DNA of 64,000 bases from an uncultured Pelagibacteraceae bacterium (GTDB lineage: Bacteria; Pseudomonadota; Alphaproteobacteria; Pelagibacterales; Pelagibacteraceae), in NCBI GenBank assembly GCA_902595285.1, contig CACJPL010000001.1, positions 72,043 to 136,042 on the forward strand, read 5' to 3'. Positions 49,575 to 59,394 of this stretch are shown here, in pieces. How positions within the stretch are numbered: the first letter of the stretch is position 1; the number at the start of each line of letters is the position of its first letter. Position numbers and translations under genes: made by a program. Below the pieces are notes generated by a model. The model saw only the letters and a list, made by a program, of their open reading frames with translations, ran no database searches and was not told the DNA's origin.

Positions 49575-50170
49575 TACTGTGTCTCCAACTTTTGTTTATC
49601 GTAATCTTTAGGTAAATCTAACTTAGTAAAATTAGTAAGAATATTTCTCAAAATTAATTCAATATTCACAGATATTAAAAAAACAATACCAACAGGCAAT
49701 GACATATACATCCAAGCTAATTTTATTGGTTCGGCTTTTCCACCAATTAAATAAAAAGGAATTTTTATTGAAGAAGAATTAAATATCCATCCAGCATTAA
49801 TGTGTTTAAAACCTAATTCTAAACCTATAACTAAGACAAATAGAGATACTACTAATAAAAATAAAGTTAGTAATGTGGAGATAAGTTTTGGTAAAAATCT
49901 CTCTAATAAATCAATAGAAACAAATCCACCCCATCTATATGCAGAGGGTGCAATCAATCCTGTCATCCATAGCATCATAAATCTTGCAACCTCATCAGGC
50001 CATGGCAGAGCATTATTTAACACATATCTAAAAAATACTTGTACCAAGATAACAATCACCATCAAAAGTATTGCTATCCATGCAAACTGTCTGCCAATTC
50101 TTAAAAAAAAAGTATTTATTTTCTCAAGGATATTAAAAACAGATAGGAGAATATTAATTGTCAAATTCAC
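49574..50170 (-). CDS. dctQ: TRAP small permease
   Basis: QVFFRYV, WPDEVAR, 4 TM; GTG start. Confidence 0.9.
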   Translation of the reverse strand: MNLTINILLSVFNILEKINTFFLRIGRQFAWIAILLMVIVILVQVFFRYVLNNALPWPDEVARFMMLWMTGLIAPSAYRWGGFVSIDLLERFLPKLISTLLTLFLLVVSLFVLVIGLELGFKHINAGWIFNSSSIKIPFYLIGGKAEPIKLAWMYMSLPVGIVFLISVNIELILRNILTNFTKLDLPKDYDKQKLETQ

Positions 50171-50281
50171 AGCTAAATTTATTTTAAATATTTAATAAAT
50201 ACAACTTTAATCAAAAAACTAATTTACTTTATAGAATAATTTTCGTATTAAAAATGCTCTCTTAAAAATTTATATACAATT

Positions 50282-51247
50282 ATGAGTAATAAAAAAAAGA
50301 TCTTAATTATTCAAAAAGTCCATGAAAAAGGGATGGAATTAATTAATAACCATCCTAATTTTGATGTTGAAGTAACTGATGACACTTCTGTAGAAAATTT
50401 AAAATCAAAATTAAAAGATTGTGATGGCGCATCAATAAGAATTGCTAAGCTTCCTGGAGAAGTATTTGAAGAAGCAAAAAATTTAAAAATTATTTCAAGA
50501 CATGGTGTTGGTTATGACAATATCGATTTAAAAAAAGCTAAAGAAAAAGATATAAAAATAGCAATAACAGCTAACGCTAATGCGGTCACGGTTGCAGAAC
50601 ATGTAATGTTCGTATTATTAAATATTGCCAAAAGAAAAGACTTATTTGATAAAACAGTAAGAGGAGGGAATTTTAAAGACAGAAATAAATTACCAAAAAC
50701 AATTGAAGTTTGGAAAAAAAATTTTTTGATAATGGGTTTTGGAAGAATAGGAAAAGCATTAATTAAAAGATGTCTGGGCTTTGAAATGAATGTCTTTGTT
50801 TATGACCCATTTGTAGACAAAGATAAAATTGAAGAGTTAGGTGGAAAAAAAGTAGAAGATCTAGCTGAAACAGTAAAAACTATGGATGTTATTTCACTCC
50901 ATATGCCTTTAACAGATAAAACAGAAAATTTAATTAATTATGATTTACTAAAAACAATGAAGAAAACTTGTATAATAATTAATGCAGCAAGAGGTGGGAT
51001 TATTCATGAAGAAGATCTTGATAAAGCACTTAATGAAAATTTGATTTTTGGAGCTGGTATAGATGTTTTTAAAAAGGAACCACCAGATAACAATAATCCA
51101 CTTCTAAAAAACGAAAAAGTTTATTTAAGTCCTCATACTGCAGCTTTTACTAATGAGTGTATGACAAGAATGGGAAAAGAAACAATTCAAAACATTATTG
51201 ATTTTTTTGAAGAAAAATTAGAAAAATCTAAAATTGTAAAATTATAA
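50282..51247 (+). CDS. D-2-hydroxyacid dehydrogenase (SerA-like, no ACT domain)
   Basis: RHGVGYDNID, GFGRIG, NAARGG, DVFKKEP, SPHTA. Confidence 0.88.
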   Translation: MSNKKKILIIQKVHEKGMELINNHPNFDVEVTDDTSVENLKSKLKDCDGASIRIAKLPGEVFEEAKNLKIISRHGVGYDNIDLKKAKEKDIKIAITANANAVTVAEHVMFVLLNIAKRKDLFDKTVRGGNFKDRNKLPKTIEVWKKNFLIMGFGRIGKALIKRCLGFEMNVFVYDPFVDKDKIEELGGKKVEDLAETVKTMDVISLHMPLTDKTENLINYDLLKTMKKTCIIINAARGGIIHEEDLDKALNENLIFGAGIDVFKKEPPDNNNPLLKNEKVYLSPHTAAFTNECMTRMGKETIQNIIDFFEEKLEKSKIVKL

Positions 51248-51285
51248 ACATCAGGAAATAACAAGCATACTTTAGTTAACAGATT

Positions 51286-52188
51286 TTAATTTTTAAAGAT
51301 CTGAATATTACTTTTATTTAAGGTCTCGGTTAAATATTTATAACCAATCTTTGCATATTCAAAAGGATTTGCTTTTGCTGGATCTTGCTCTGCTTCAACT
51401 ACCAACCAGCCTGAATAATTTTTTTCTTTTAACTCATCAAATAAAGGTTTGTAATCAATACAGCCATCTCCAGGTACCGTAAAGGCACCTTCTAAAAATG
51501 CACCTCTAAAGCTTAAATCTTCTTTTAATGATTTATCTAAAACATTTTTTCTAATATCTTTACAATGAATATGGATAACTCTATCACTAAAATTTTTTAA
51601 TATTTTCAAAGAATCCCCTTGAGCAAAGAGCATGTGACCAGTGTCTAAAGTGAGTTTTACACTATCATCGGTGTTCTCAAGCAATCTTATAGTATCTTCC
51701 TCAGTTTCTATAACTGTCCCCATATGGTGATGATAAGCAAGTGGCATACCCTCATCTTGTAAATATTTACCCATTTCTGAAATTTTTTTATAATAATTTT
51801 TGGATTCTTCTTCATCCATTTTAGGTCTAGATGAAAGTTTTTTATCTGGATTACCTTGAATTGATCCCGCAACTTCAGCAAAAACAATGCAAGGTGCGTT
51901 ACAATCTTTAAATAATTTTAATTGATCTTTTATAACTTTTTTTTCCTCGTCTAATGTATTTTTTCTTAAATTTGCTCCATACCAACCAGAACAAAGATTT
52001 AGTTTAAACTCATTTAATTTTGGAATTAATTCCTCTGATTTTTTTGGAAACTTTCCGCCCGACTCTATTCCTGTAAATCCTGCCTGACTTGCTTCTAACA
52101 AACATTGTTCCAAAGGTGTATCACCCCCCAGTTCTGGCATGTCATCATTGCTCCATGCTATTGGTGCTATTCCTAATTTTACTGACAT
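51286..52188 (-). CDS. iolE: myo-inosose-2 dehydratase
   Basis: GIAPIAWSNDD, YHHHMGT, DTGH, HCKD, VVEAEQDP. Confidence 0.93.
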   Translation of the reverse strand: MSVKLGIAPIAWSNDDMPELGGDTPLEQCLLEASQAGFTGIESGGKFPKKSEELIPKLNEFKLNLCSGWYGANLRKNTLDEEKKVIKDQLKLFKDCNAPCIVFAEVAGSIQGNPDKKLSSRPKMDEEESKNYYKKISEMGKYLQDEGMPLAYHHHMGTVIETEEDTIRLLENTDDSVKLTLDTGHMLFAQGDSLKILKNFSDRVIHIHCKDIRKNVLDKSLKEDLSFRGAFLEGAFTVPGDGCIDYKPLFDELKEKNYSGWLVVEAEQDPAKANPFEYAKIGYKYLTETLNKSNIQIFKN

Positions 52189-52200
52189 AAATATTTTTTT

Positions 52201-52216
52201 TGCTAAGATATATTCA
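52201..52216 (+). promoter_or_regulatory. Putative extended -10 promoter for a leaderless transcript
   Basis: TGc-TAAGAT followed by 7 nt and then ATG at 52217; no SD. Confidence 0.4.
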
Positions 52217-53362
52217 ATGTTTAAATCAAATAAAACTAAAAAATTAAGTTTAGGAATTGTTGGGGGTGGCCCTGGATCATGGATTGGTCATGTTCATAGA
52301 ATCTCATCTAGATTTGATGATCAATATGAAATCGTAGCAGGAGTTTTTTCAAGAAATGTAAAAATTTCCACTAGGTTTGGAAAGAGTATAGGGATTTCAT
52401 CTGATAGATGTTACTCAAATTATAAAGATATGGCTGAGAAAGAAGCTAAGAGAAAAGATGGAATTAATGTAGTTGCTATAATGACACCACCATCAAGTCA
52501 TCAAATTATTGCTGAAAAATTTATTTCAAAAAACATAAATATAATTTCTGATAAACCTTTTGCAGGAAATTTAGATCAGGCAAAAAAACTTTTCAAATCA
52601 ATTAAAAAAAATAAAAAAATAAAATATGCGCTAACTCATAATTATTCCGCTTATCCGATGGTGAGAGAAGCAAAAAAATTAGTTGAAAAGGGTAAAATTG
52701 GTATAGTTGAATATATTAATGTTGAATATATTCAAGATTGGTCTGGTGGAGCAAAAATTAATTCAAAAAATGCAAAAAGAAAACTTAAATGGAAAATTGA
52801 TAATAAAATAGTTGGAGCATCCGCTGTTTTAAATGAAATTGGAACTCATGCGTACCATCTAGCCTCTTATATTTCAGGTTTGAAAGGACAAGCAGTTTTT
52901 GCAGATATAAAGCAAATATCAAAAAAAATTAAAATGGATGATAATGCACAGGTTATGATCAATTTTAAGAATGGTGCAAAAGGAATGTTTTGGACAAGTG
53001 TAATGGCCAAAGGTGGTGTTTATGGTTTAAGAATTAGAGTATTTGGCTCTAAAGGTAGTTTAGAGTGGGTTCAAAATGATCCAAATTATCTTAAATTAAA
53101 TCCAGAAAAAGGTGCTGTAAAATTATTAGAAAGAGGATTTCATAATTCAGAATTTTCAAAGCAATTCTCTAGAATAAAATTTGGTCATCCAGAGGGATAC
53201 CTTGATGCGTTTGCTAATATTTATAAAGAGTTTGCCGACTCTCTGAAAAACAAAACAAAAAAAAGATACTTTTACCCAAATGAAGATGAGGGTTTAGAAA
53301 CGGCAAAATTTATTAGTGCGTGTAAAATTTCCTCAAGAAGAAAAAGATGGGTAAAAATATAA
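52217..53362 (+). CDS. Gfo/Idh/MocA oxidoreductase, paralog of 33758..34909
   Basis: GIVGGGPGSWIG, SDKP, HNYSAYPM, EIGTH, GHPEGYLDAF. Likely ATG at 52217. Confidence 0.85.
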   Translation: MFKSNKTKKLSLGIVGGGPGSWIGHVHRISSRFDDQYEIVAGVFSRNVKISTRFGKSIGISSDRCYSNYKDMAEKEAKRKDGINVVAIMTPPSSHQIIAEKFISKNINIISDKPFAGNLDQAKKLFKSIKKNKKIKYALTHNYSAYPMVREAKKLVEKGKIGIVEYINVEYIQDWSGGAKINSKNAKRKLKWKIDNKIVGASAVLNEIGTHAYHLASYISGLKGQAVFADIKQISKKIKMDDNAQVMINFKNGAKGMFWTSVMAKGGVYGLRIRVFGSKGSLEWVQNDPNYLKLNPEKGAVKLLERGFHNSEFSKQFSRIKFGHPEGYLDAFANIYKEFADSLKNKTKKRYFYPNEDEGLETAKFISACKISSRRKRWVKI

Positions 53363-54360
53363 TTAATATTGCACTATTTGGACTTGGAAGAATTGGTCAA
53401 ATGCACGCCCATAACCTTATAAATCATAAAGATTTTAATCTGAAATATATTTTTGATAAAGATCAAAAATTAACTAAAAAACTATCAAAAAAATATAACT
53501 CTATTGGTATTCAAAATCCAAAAATTGCATTTAAAGATAAATATATCAAATGTATATTTATTGCATCAAGCACAAACACGCACTTAAAATTTATTGAAGA
53601 AGGAGTTGTAAATAAGAAAGTTGTATTTTGTGAAAAACCTTTAGACCTTGATTTAAATAAAATTAACAAGTGTAAAAAAAAAATTTCTAAATATAAAGCA
53701 AAAATTCAACTTGGATTTAATAGAAGGTACGACCCTGCGCATAATTCTTTAAATCAAAATTTACTCAAAGGTAAAATCGGTAAATTAGAAAAAATAATTA
53801 TTACTAGCAGGGACCCGGAGCCTCCACCAATAAACTATTTAAAGACATCTGGGGGTATATTTAAGGATATGATGATTCATGATTTTGATTTAGCAAGATT
53901 TTATGCTGGAAATGATGAATTTGAATACATATTTGCTACCGGGCAACGTTTCTCAGATAGAAAACTAAAAAAAATAAATGATTTAGATTTAGCTACTGTA
54001 ATTATGAAAACTAAAAAAGGAGTACAGTGTATTATTACAAATTCTAGGCATTGTAGTTTTGGTTATGATCAAAGAATTGAGCTTTTTGGGTCTAAAGGAA
54101 TGATCATTTCAGATAATCAAAGAGACTTAGAAACAGTTTTGTATTCAAAAAATTCAACTGACAACAAAACTCAATTAAAAAACTTTTTTATTGAAAGATA
54201 TTCTGAAGCCTACAAAATTCAACTGGATGACTTAGTAAAAATTTGTAAAATAAACTCTAAACCATTGGCTAATTTTGAAGATGGTAGAAAATCTCTTATA
54301 CTAGCAGAAAGTGCAAAAAGGTCTTTGAAATCGAAAAAATTTGAAAAAGTTATATTCTAA
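53347..54360 (+). CDS. iolG: Inositol 2-dehydrogenase
   Basis: GLGRIG, CEKP, GFNRRYD, TSRDP, DMMIHDFD, GYDQRIE; adjacent to iolE. Confidence 0.88.
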   Translation: MGKNIINIALFGLGRIGQMHAHNLINHKDFNLKYIFDKDQKLTKKLSKKYNSIGIQNPKIAFKDKYIKCIFIASSTNTHLKFIEEGVVNKKVVFCEKPLDLDLNKINKCKKKISKYKAKIQLGFNRRYDPAHNSLNQNLLKGKIGKLEKIIITSRDPEPPPINYLKTSGGIFKDMMIHDFDLARFYAGNDEFEYIFATGQRFSDRKLKKINDLDLATVIMKTKKGVQCIITNSRHCSFGYDQRIELFGSKGMIISDNQRDLETVLYSKNSTDNKTQLKNFFIERYSEAYKIQLDDLVKICKINSKPLANFEDGRKSLILAESAKRSLKSKKFEKVIF

Positions 54361-54365
54361 TTAAG

Positions 54366-55211
54366 TTAACTTCTTTCAAACAAAGTTGGGAACATTTTAC
54401 CTTCAACAGGGTCACCATTTTTATAACCTGCCTCTTGCATTGCTTTTCTATAATTAAAACTTGTCCAATCTCCATCGTAACTTATTTTTGTATCCTCTTT
54501 TGAAACTCTTAATGTATATCGGCTTAAGGTTTTATCAGGTACGATTTCATTTAAACTTCCATGAAGTGTCCTCATGTCAAAGACCACTGCATCACCTAAT
54601 TCACAATCCCATTGTAAGAATTCATATTTATCTTTGTTTCCTAAAATATCTGGAGGTAATTCATATTTTTTACCATTAACAATACATTCATTGCCCTCAA
54701 TTTTATGTCCATCCTTAAATAAAACTCTTAAAAAAAATTTATTCCATAAATGTGATCCTTTAACCCAAACAACACCCTCATTTTTTTTGGTTGCTTGTAG
54801 AGGTAGCCATAGAACACACATAGTTCCATCCATATCAAAATAACTTATATCATGATGAAATGGAGTTGAAGACTTTGACCCCGCTTCTCTTAAGAACCAA
54901 TTGTCCATTACTAGATTGATTTTTTTAGCTGACATTAATTCAGACGCTATTTGAGCGTATGGAGAATTATAAACAAAATCTTTAAATTCAGGCACTAAAT
55001 GCCACGTCCAATAATCTTCCAAATAAGCAGGAACGCCCTTTTTTACAGTGTGCGATTTAAACCTGGGGCTTGGATTCGCAATATCTCTTTCAATTCCTAT
55101 TTGAAGTTTATTGATCCATGGAATATCAAATTTATTTTTAAGATAAACAGCACCATCTTCTCTAAATTTTTTTACCTCATCTTGAGTAAGAATTTTGTTC
55201 ATATTATTCAT
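54366..55211 (-). CDS. PhyH-family Fe/2OG dioxygenase
   Basis: FREDG, TPFHHD, WLPL, GSH, GDAVVF..RTLHG. Confidence 0.85.
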   Translation of the reverse strand: MNNMNKILTQDEVKKFREDGAVYLKNKFDIPWINKLQIGIERDIANPSPRFKSHTVKKGVPAYLEDYWTWHLVPEFKDFVYNSPYAQIASELMSAKKINLVMDNWFLREAGSKSSTPFHHDISYFDMDGTMCVLWLPLQATKKNEGVVWVKGSHLWNKFFLRVLFKDGHKIEGNECIVNGKKYELPPDILGNKDKYEFLQWDCELGDAVVFDMRTLHGSLNEIVPDKTLSRYTLRVSKEDTKISYDGDWTSFNYRKAMQEAGYKNGDPVEGKMFPTLFERS

Positions 55212-55238
55212 ATAAGAATATAATATAAATTATCTCAG

Positions 55239-56231
55239 ATGAATATTCTTAAAGATAGCTTTGGTAGAACATTTCCATACATTAGATTATCAATTTCTGA
55301 TGTATGCAACTATAAATGTGGATACTGTTTGCCCAATGGGTATCAAGTAGATAAAAGCGATAACAGAAAATTTCTTCATTTAGATGAAATAAAACGACTT
55401 GCAAAATGTTTTTCTGACTTGGGTGTAAATAAGATCAGAATTACAGGTGGTGAACCGACAATAAGAAAAGATTTTTTTGATATCGTAAAAGTTTTAAAAT
55501 TTGAGGCTGGTATTCAAAATGTAACTATTACAACTAATGGCTACAAATTGGATAAAAAAGCAGAACAGTTAGTTAATAGTGGCCTTACTGGAATAAATAT
55601 AAGTATAGACAGTTTAAATAGAGAAACTTTTAAAAAAATTACTGGTCATGATAGGTTGCCAGAAATTTTAGATGGAATAGAAAATTTATTGAACATAGGT
55701 TTTGAAAATATTAAAATTAATGCTGTACTTTTAAATGGAATTAATTCATCAATAAATGATTTTAATACTTGGGCTAAATATATTAAAAAAAATAAAGTTG
55801 ATTTCAGGTATATAGAATTAATGAGGACCGGTGATAATTTAGAATATTTTAAAAAATATCACGTTTCTTCAAATGCATTTAAAAAATATTTAAATGAAAA
55901 TAAATGGATTTATCAAACATTTGGCAAAAATGCTGGACCTGCTTTAAATTATATAAATCCAAATTTTAAAGGTAAATTTGGTATTATTGCTCCATACTCA
56001 AAAGATTTTTGTAAATCATGTAACAGATTAAGAATTACATCAAGAGGTGATTTAAGACTTTGCTTGTTTGGTAATACAGGAATAAATTTAAGGCATCTAT
56101 TACAAAAAGATGATCAATTAGATGAATTAAAAAAATTAATATTAAGACAAATGAAATTTAAAAAAGAATCTCATCATTTAGAATTGGGTGATACTGGATC
56201 AACAAAAAATTTATCAAAAACTGGAGGATAA
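55239..56231 (+). CDS. moaA: GTP 3',8-cyclase (radical SAM)
   Basis: DSFGR, CNYKCGYC, TGGEP, FCKSCNRLR, C-terminal GG. Confidence 0.95.
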   Translation: MNILKDSFGRTFPYIRLSISDVCNYKCGYCLPNGYQVDKSDNRKFLHLDEIKRLAKCFSDLGVNKIRITGGEPTIRKDFFDIVKVLKFEAGIQNVTITTNGYKLDKKAEQLVNSGLTGINISIDSLNRETFKKITGHDRLPEILDGIENLLNIGFENIKINAVLLNGINSSINDFNTWAKYIKKNKVDFRYIELMRTGDNLEYFKKYHVSSNAFKKYLNENKWIYQTFGKNAGPALNYINPNFKGKFGIIAPYSKDFCKSCNRLRITSRGDLRLCLFGNTGINLRHLLQKDDQLDELKKLILRQMKFKKESHHLELGDTGSTKNLSKTGG

Positions 56232-56233
56232 TT

Positions 56234-56776
56234 GTGAAACTTCAAGTTGTTAACCATGAAGAGTTAAAGGACTGGGCTAAACAAATATTTAAAGATAGTT
56301 CTTTTCATATGATTGATGTTTCTTCCAAAAAAGAGACTTTTAGAAGAGCATTAGCTTCAGGTAAGATATTTGTTGGGGAGGAGGTTTTTAACTTAATTAA
56401 AAATAAAAAAATGCCTAAAGGTGATCCTTTGACTTTAGCGGAGGTAGCTTCAGTTTTAGGAGTAAAAAAAACAAGCGAATTAATACCTTTGTGCCATCCA
56501 TTACCAATTGATCATACTGCTACCAAAATAATAATGAATGAAGATGATAATTCTATAGAAGTATTTTGTGTTGTTTCTACTTATTCTAAAACTGGTGTTG
56601 AAATGGAGGCAATTATGGGAGTTAATGCAGCCCTTATAACAATTTATGATTTAAGTAAAATAGTAAATGCTAATCTTAAAATTGATAATATTAGACTATT
56701 AATTAAAGAAGGTGGAAAAAGTGGTTTATGGAAAAATCCAGATGGCATTCCAAATTTTTTAAAAGAATTATTTTAA
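56234..56776 (+). CDS. moaC: Cyclic pyranopterin monophosphate synthase
   Basis: HMIDV, KGD, LIPLCHPL, TGVEMEA, GGKSG; GTG start. Confidence 0.95.
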   Translation: MKLQVVNHEELKDWAKQIFKDSSFHMIDVSSKKETFRRALASGKIFVGEEVFNLIKNKKMPKGDPLTLAEVASVLGVKKTSELIPLCHPLPIDHTATKIIMNEDDNSIEVFCVVSTYSKTGVEMEAIMGVNAALITIYDLSKIVNANLKIDNIRLLIKEGGKSGLWKNPDGIPNFLKELF

Positions 56777-56777
56777 A

Positions 56778-57047
56778 ATGAGAATTAAAATTGAACTTTT
56801 TGGCGCTAGTCGGGAATTTAGTAAAAATAACTTAATTGAGTTTAATGTTAGCAATAATTCTAAAATAAAAGATATTAGAGCAGAAATGAATAAATACCTT
56901 GATGAAAATTTTAGTGGAAATGAAAATTACAAAAAAATTCTTAAATCATCTTCTTTTTGCTCTGAGGACAATAATATAGTAAGCGACAATTATAAAATAA
57001 CAGAAAATGAAAAAATTGGTATTATACCCCCTATCGGAGGAGGTTAA
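56778..57047 (+). CDS. moaD: Molybdopterin synthase sulfur carrier
   Basis: Ubiquitin-like size, C-terminal PPIGGG. Confidence 0.9.
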   Translation: MRIKIELFGASREFSKNNLIEFNVSNNSKIKDIRAEMNKYLDENFSGNENYKKILKSSSFCSEDNNIVSDNYKITENEKIGIIPPIGGG

Positions 57048-57499
57048 TGCTTCATACAGATATAATAGATATTAAACAAAAAAAATTATCAATTAAAGAC
57101 GCTGAAAAGTTTATTGCATCTGCAAATTATGGTGCCTCAATAATTTTTACAGGCACAGTAAGAAATCAAAATAATAATAAAAATGTAATAGGTATTACTT
57201 ATGATAGTCACGACGCACTTGTCCTAAAAAGTTTTAATGAAATCTACAACGAGACTGAGAAAAAACTTAATATTAAAAATAAAGCTGTATTTATTGAACA
57301 TGCTAAAGGTTATTTAAATCTTAAGGAAATAAGTATAATCATAGCAGTAGCATGTAAACATAGAGATGAAGCATATATTTTATCTAGATACATAATAGAA
57401 GAAATTAAAAAAAGATCTCCTATTTGGAAAAAAGAACATTACATTGATAACAAAAGTGATTGGTTGAAAGGAAATCCCTTGGTTCATGAAAAAATTTAA
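57047..57499 (+). CDS. moaE: Molybdopterin synthase catalytic subunit
   Basis: FTGTVRN, HRDEA, PIWKKE. Confidence 0.93.
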   Translation: MLHTDIIDIKQKKLSIKDAEKFIASANYGASIIFTGTVRNQNNNKNVIGITYDSHDALVLKSFNEIYNETEKKLNIKNKAVFIEHAKGYLNLKEISIIIAVACKHRDEAYILSRYIIEEIKKRSPIWKKEHYIDNKSDWLKGNPLVHEKI

Positions 57500-58397
57500 A
57501 TATTCGGAAATTACACCAGAAAATATTTATAAAAATAGAAGAAAATTTATAAAAAATATGGGTCTTGCAGCAGGATCAATGTTTATGGGCCAAAATTTGA
57601 TTACACCGGCTAGTGCTAACACCAATAAAGAGGAACTAAAATTGACTGATTATAGGTACGTTACAACTTATAATAATTATTATGAATTTGGTACTGGTAA
57701 ATCTGATCCAGTCGAAAGATCACAAAAATTTAAAACTAATCCTTGGGATGTAATAATTGATGGAGAAGTAGAAAATCCTATTACACTATCAATGGATGAA
57801 ATTTTGGAAATGTTTCCATCAGAAGAAAGAGTTTATAAATTGAGATGTGTTGAAGGTTGGTCAATGATAATACCATGGCTAGGATTTCCACTAAATAAAA
57901 TTTTAAATAAAGCTTTACCAACAAATAAAGCTAAATTTGTAAAATTTATTTCTGTATTAGATCCAGAACAAATGATTGGACAAAGATTTCCAATTTTAGA
58001 TTGGCCCTACAAAGAAGGTTTAAGAATAGACGAAGCTATGCATGATTTGACTATTTTAGTCACTGGATTGTATGGAAAAAAATTACCAAATCAAAATGGA
58101 GCTCCTTTAAGATTAATGGTTCCATGGAAATATGGATTTAAAAGTTCCAAAGCAATTGTAAATATAAAATTAGTAGAAAAAATGCCTACATCCTCATGGA
58201 TGAAAGCGTCTCCCAATGAATATGGTTTTTATTCTAATGTTAACCCTAGAGTTGATCACCCAAGATGGTCACAATCTACAGAAAGGGTCATTGGTGGTGG
58301 TATTATTAGTCCAAGAATCCCAACAACAATGTTCAATGGATACGGCGATGAGGTAGCAAGTTTATATACTGGTATGGATTTAAGAAAATATTTTTAA
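57486..58397 (+). CDS. msrP: Periplasmic protein-methionine-sulfoxide reductase catalytic subunit (Moco)
   Basis: SEITP, Tat NRRKFIK, YNNYYEFG, RCVEGWS, QNGAPLRL.VPWKYGFKS. Confidence 0.95.
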   Translation: MKKFKYSEITPENIYKNRRKFIKNMGLAAGSMFMGQNLITPASANTNKEELKLTDYRYVTTYNNYYEFGTGKSDPVERSQKFKTNPWDVIIDGEVENPITLSMDEILEMFPSEERVYKLRCVEGWSMIIPWLGFPLNKILNKALPTNKAKFVKFISVLDPEQMIGQRFPILDWPYKEGLRIDEAMHDLTILVTGLYGKKLPNQNGAPLRLMVPWKYGFKSSKAIVNIKLVEKMPTSSWMKASPNEYGFYSNVNPRVDHPRWSQSTERVIGGGIISPRIPTTMFNGYGDEVASLYTGMDLRKYF

Positions 58398-58981
58398 TGA
58401 AAAGCATTTTTAAGCCAGGTGTTTTTACATTATGTTTAATTCCATTTTTTATAATTACATACAAAATTTTCCTTAATAAACTGGGGCCTGAACCTGTAAA
58501 AGAAATTACTCATTTTACAGGAGAATGGACATTGATTTTTATTTGCATAACTTTATCAATGAATCCTCTTAAGCGTTTCACTAATTTTACATTTTGGATA
58601 AAAATTAGAAGAATGTTAGGTTTATTTGTTTTTTTTTATGCAACACTACACTTGCTAACCTACGTGGTTATTGATTATAGACTTGATTGGAATCAAATAA
58701 TTGACGATGTCGTAAAAAAAAAATTTATATTTATAGGTTTTGCAGCTTGGTTATTATTAATACCTCTTGTATTAACCTCATCTCAAAAAATGATAATTGC
58801 TTTAAAACATAATTGGAAAAAGTTACATAAATTAATCTATATAATTGCTATATTTGGATCACTACATTTTATTTGGCTATCAAAAACAATCTATTTTAAG
58901 CCCTTAATATATTTAATTATAATCATTTTTTTACTGATCTTAAGAATAAATTTTAAAAGAATAATTTCAAAAACAAGATAA
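58397..58981 (+). CDS. msrQ: Heme-binding membrane subunit of MsrPQ
   Basis: HFTGEW, RRMLGL, H, WKKLHKLIY. Confidence 0.93.
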   Translation: MKSIFKPGVFTLCLIPFFIITYKIFLNKLGPEPVKEITHFTGEWTLIFICITLSMNPLKRFTNFTFWIKIRRMLGLFVFFYATLHLLTYVVIDYRLDWNQIIDDVVKKKFIFIGFAAWLLLIPLVLTSSQKMIIALKHNWKKLHKLIYIIAIFGSLHFIWLSKTIYFKPLIYLIIIIFLLILRINFKRIISKTR

Positions 58982-59061
58982 TTTATCTTAAATAATTTCT
59001 TTTGATTTAAGTTATATTAAAAAAATATTGATGCATTTTTGATTAATACTATATTTTACAA

Positions 59062-59394
59062 ATGAAAGATTTTTCTGAAAAAATAATATTTGAAAAAGCA
59101 AGTGATTGGATAGAAAACAATCAAAAGGTAGCTCTAGCAACAGTTATACAAACATGGGGCTCATCTCCACTAGAAGTTGGTAGCAGAATGGTTATTAACG
59201 AAAATGGAAATTTTTTAGGATCTGTTTCTGGAGGTTGCGTTGAGTCTAAAGTTATTGAAGAATGTATTTCACTTATGAAAAATAATAAAATCTCTACGGT
59301 AATAGATTTCAAAGTATCTAATGAAAGTGCTTGGGAAGTAGGATTAGCTTGTGGAGGTGATATATCAATTTATATTGAACAAATAACCCAATGA
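59062..59394 (+). CDS. xdhC: XdhC/CoxI N-terminal domain protein
   Basis: ATVIQTWGSSP, GSVSGGCVE, GLACGG. Confidence 0.88.
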   Translation: MKDFSEKIIFEKASDWIENNQKVALATVIQTWGSSPLEVGSRMVINENGNFLGSVSGGCVESKVIEECISLMKNNKISTVIDFKVSNESAWEVGLACGGDISIYIEQITQ

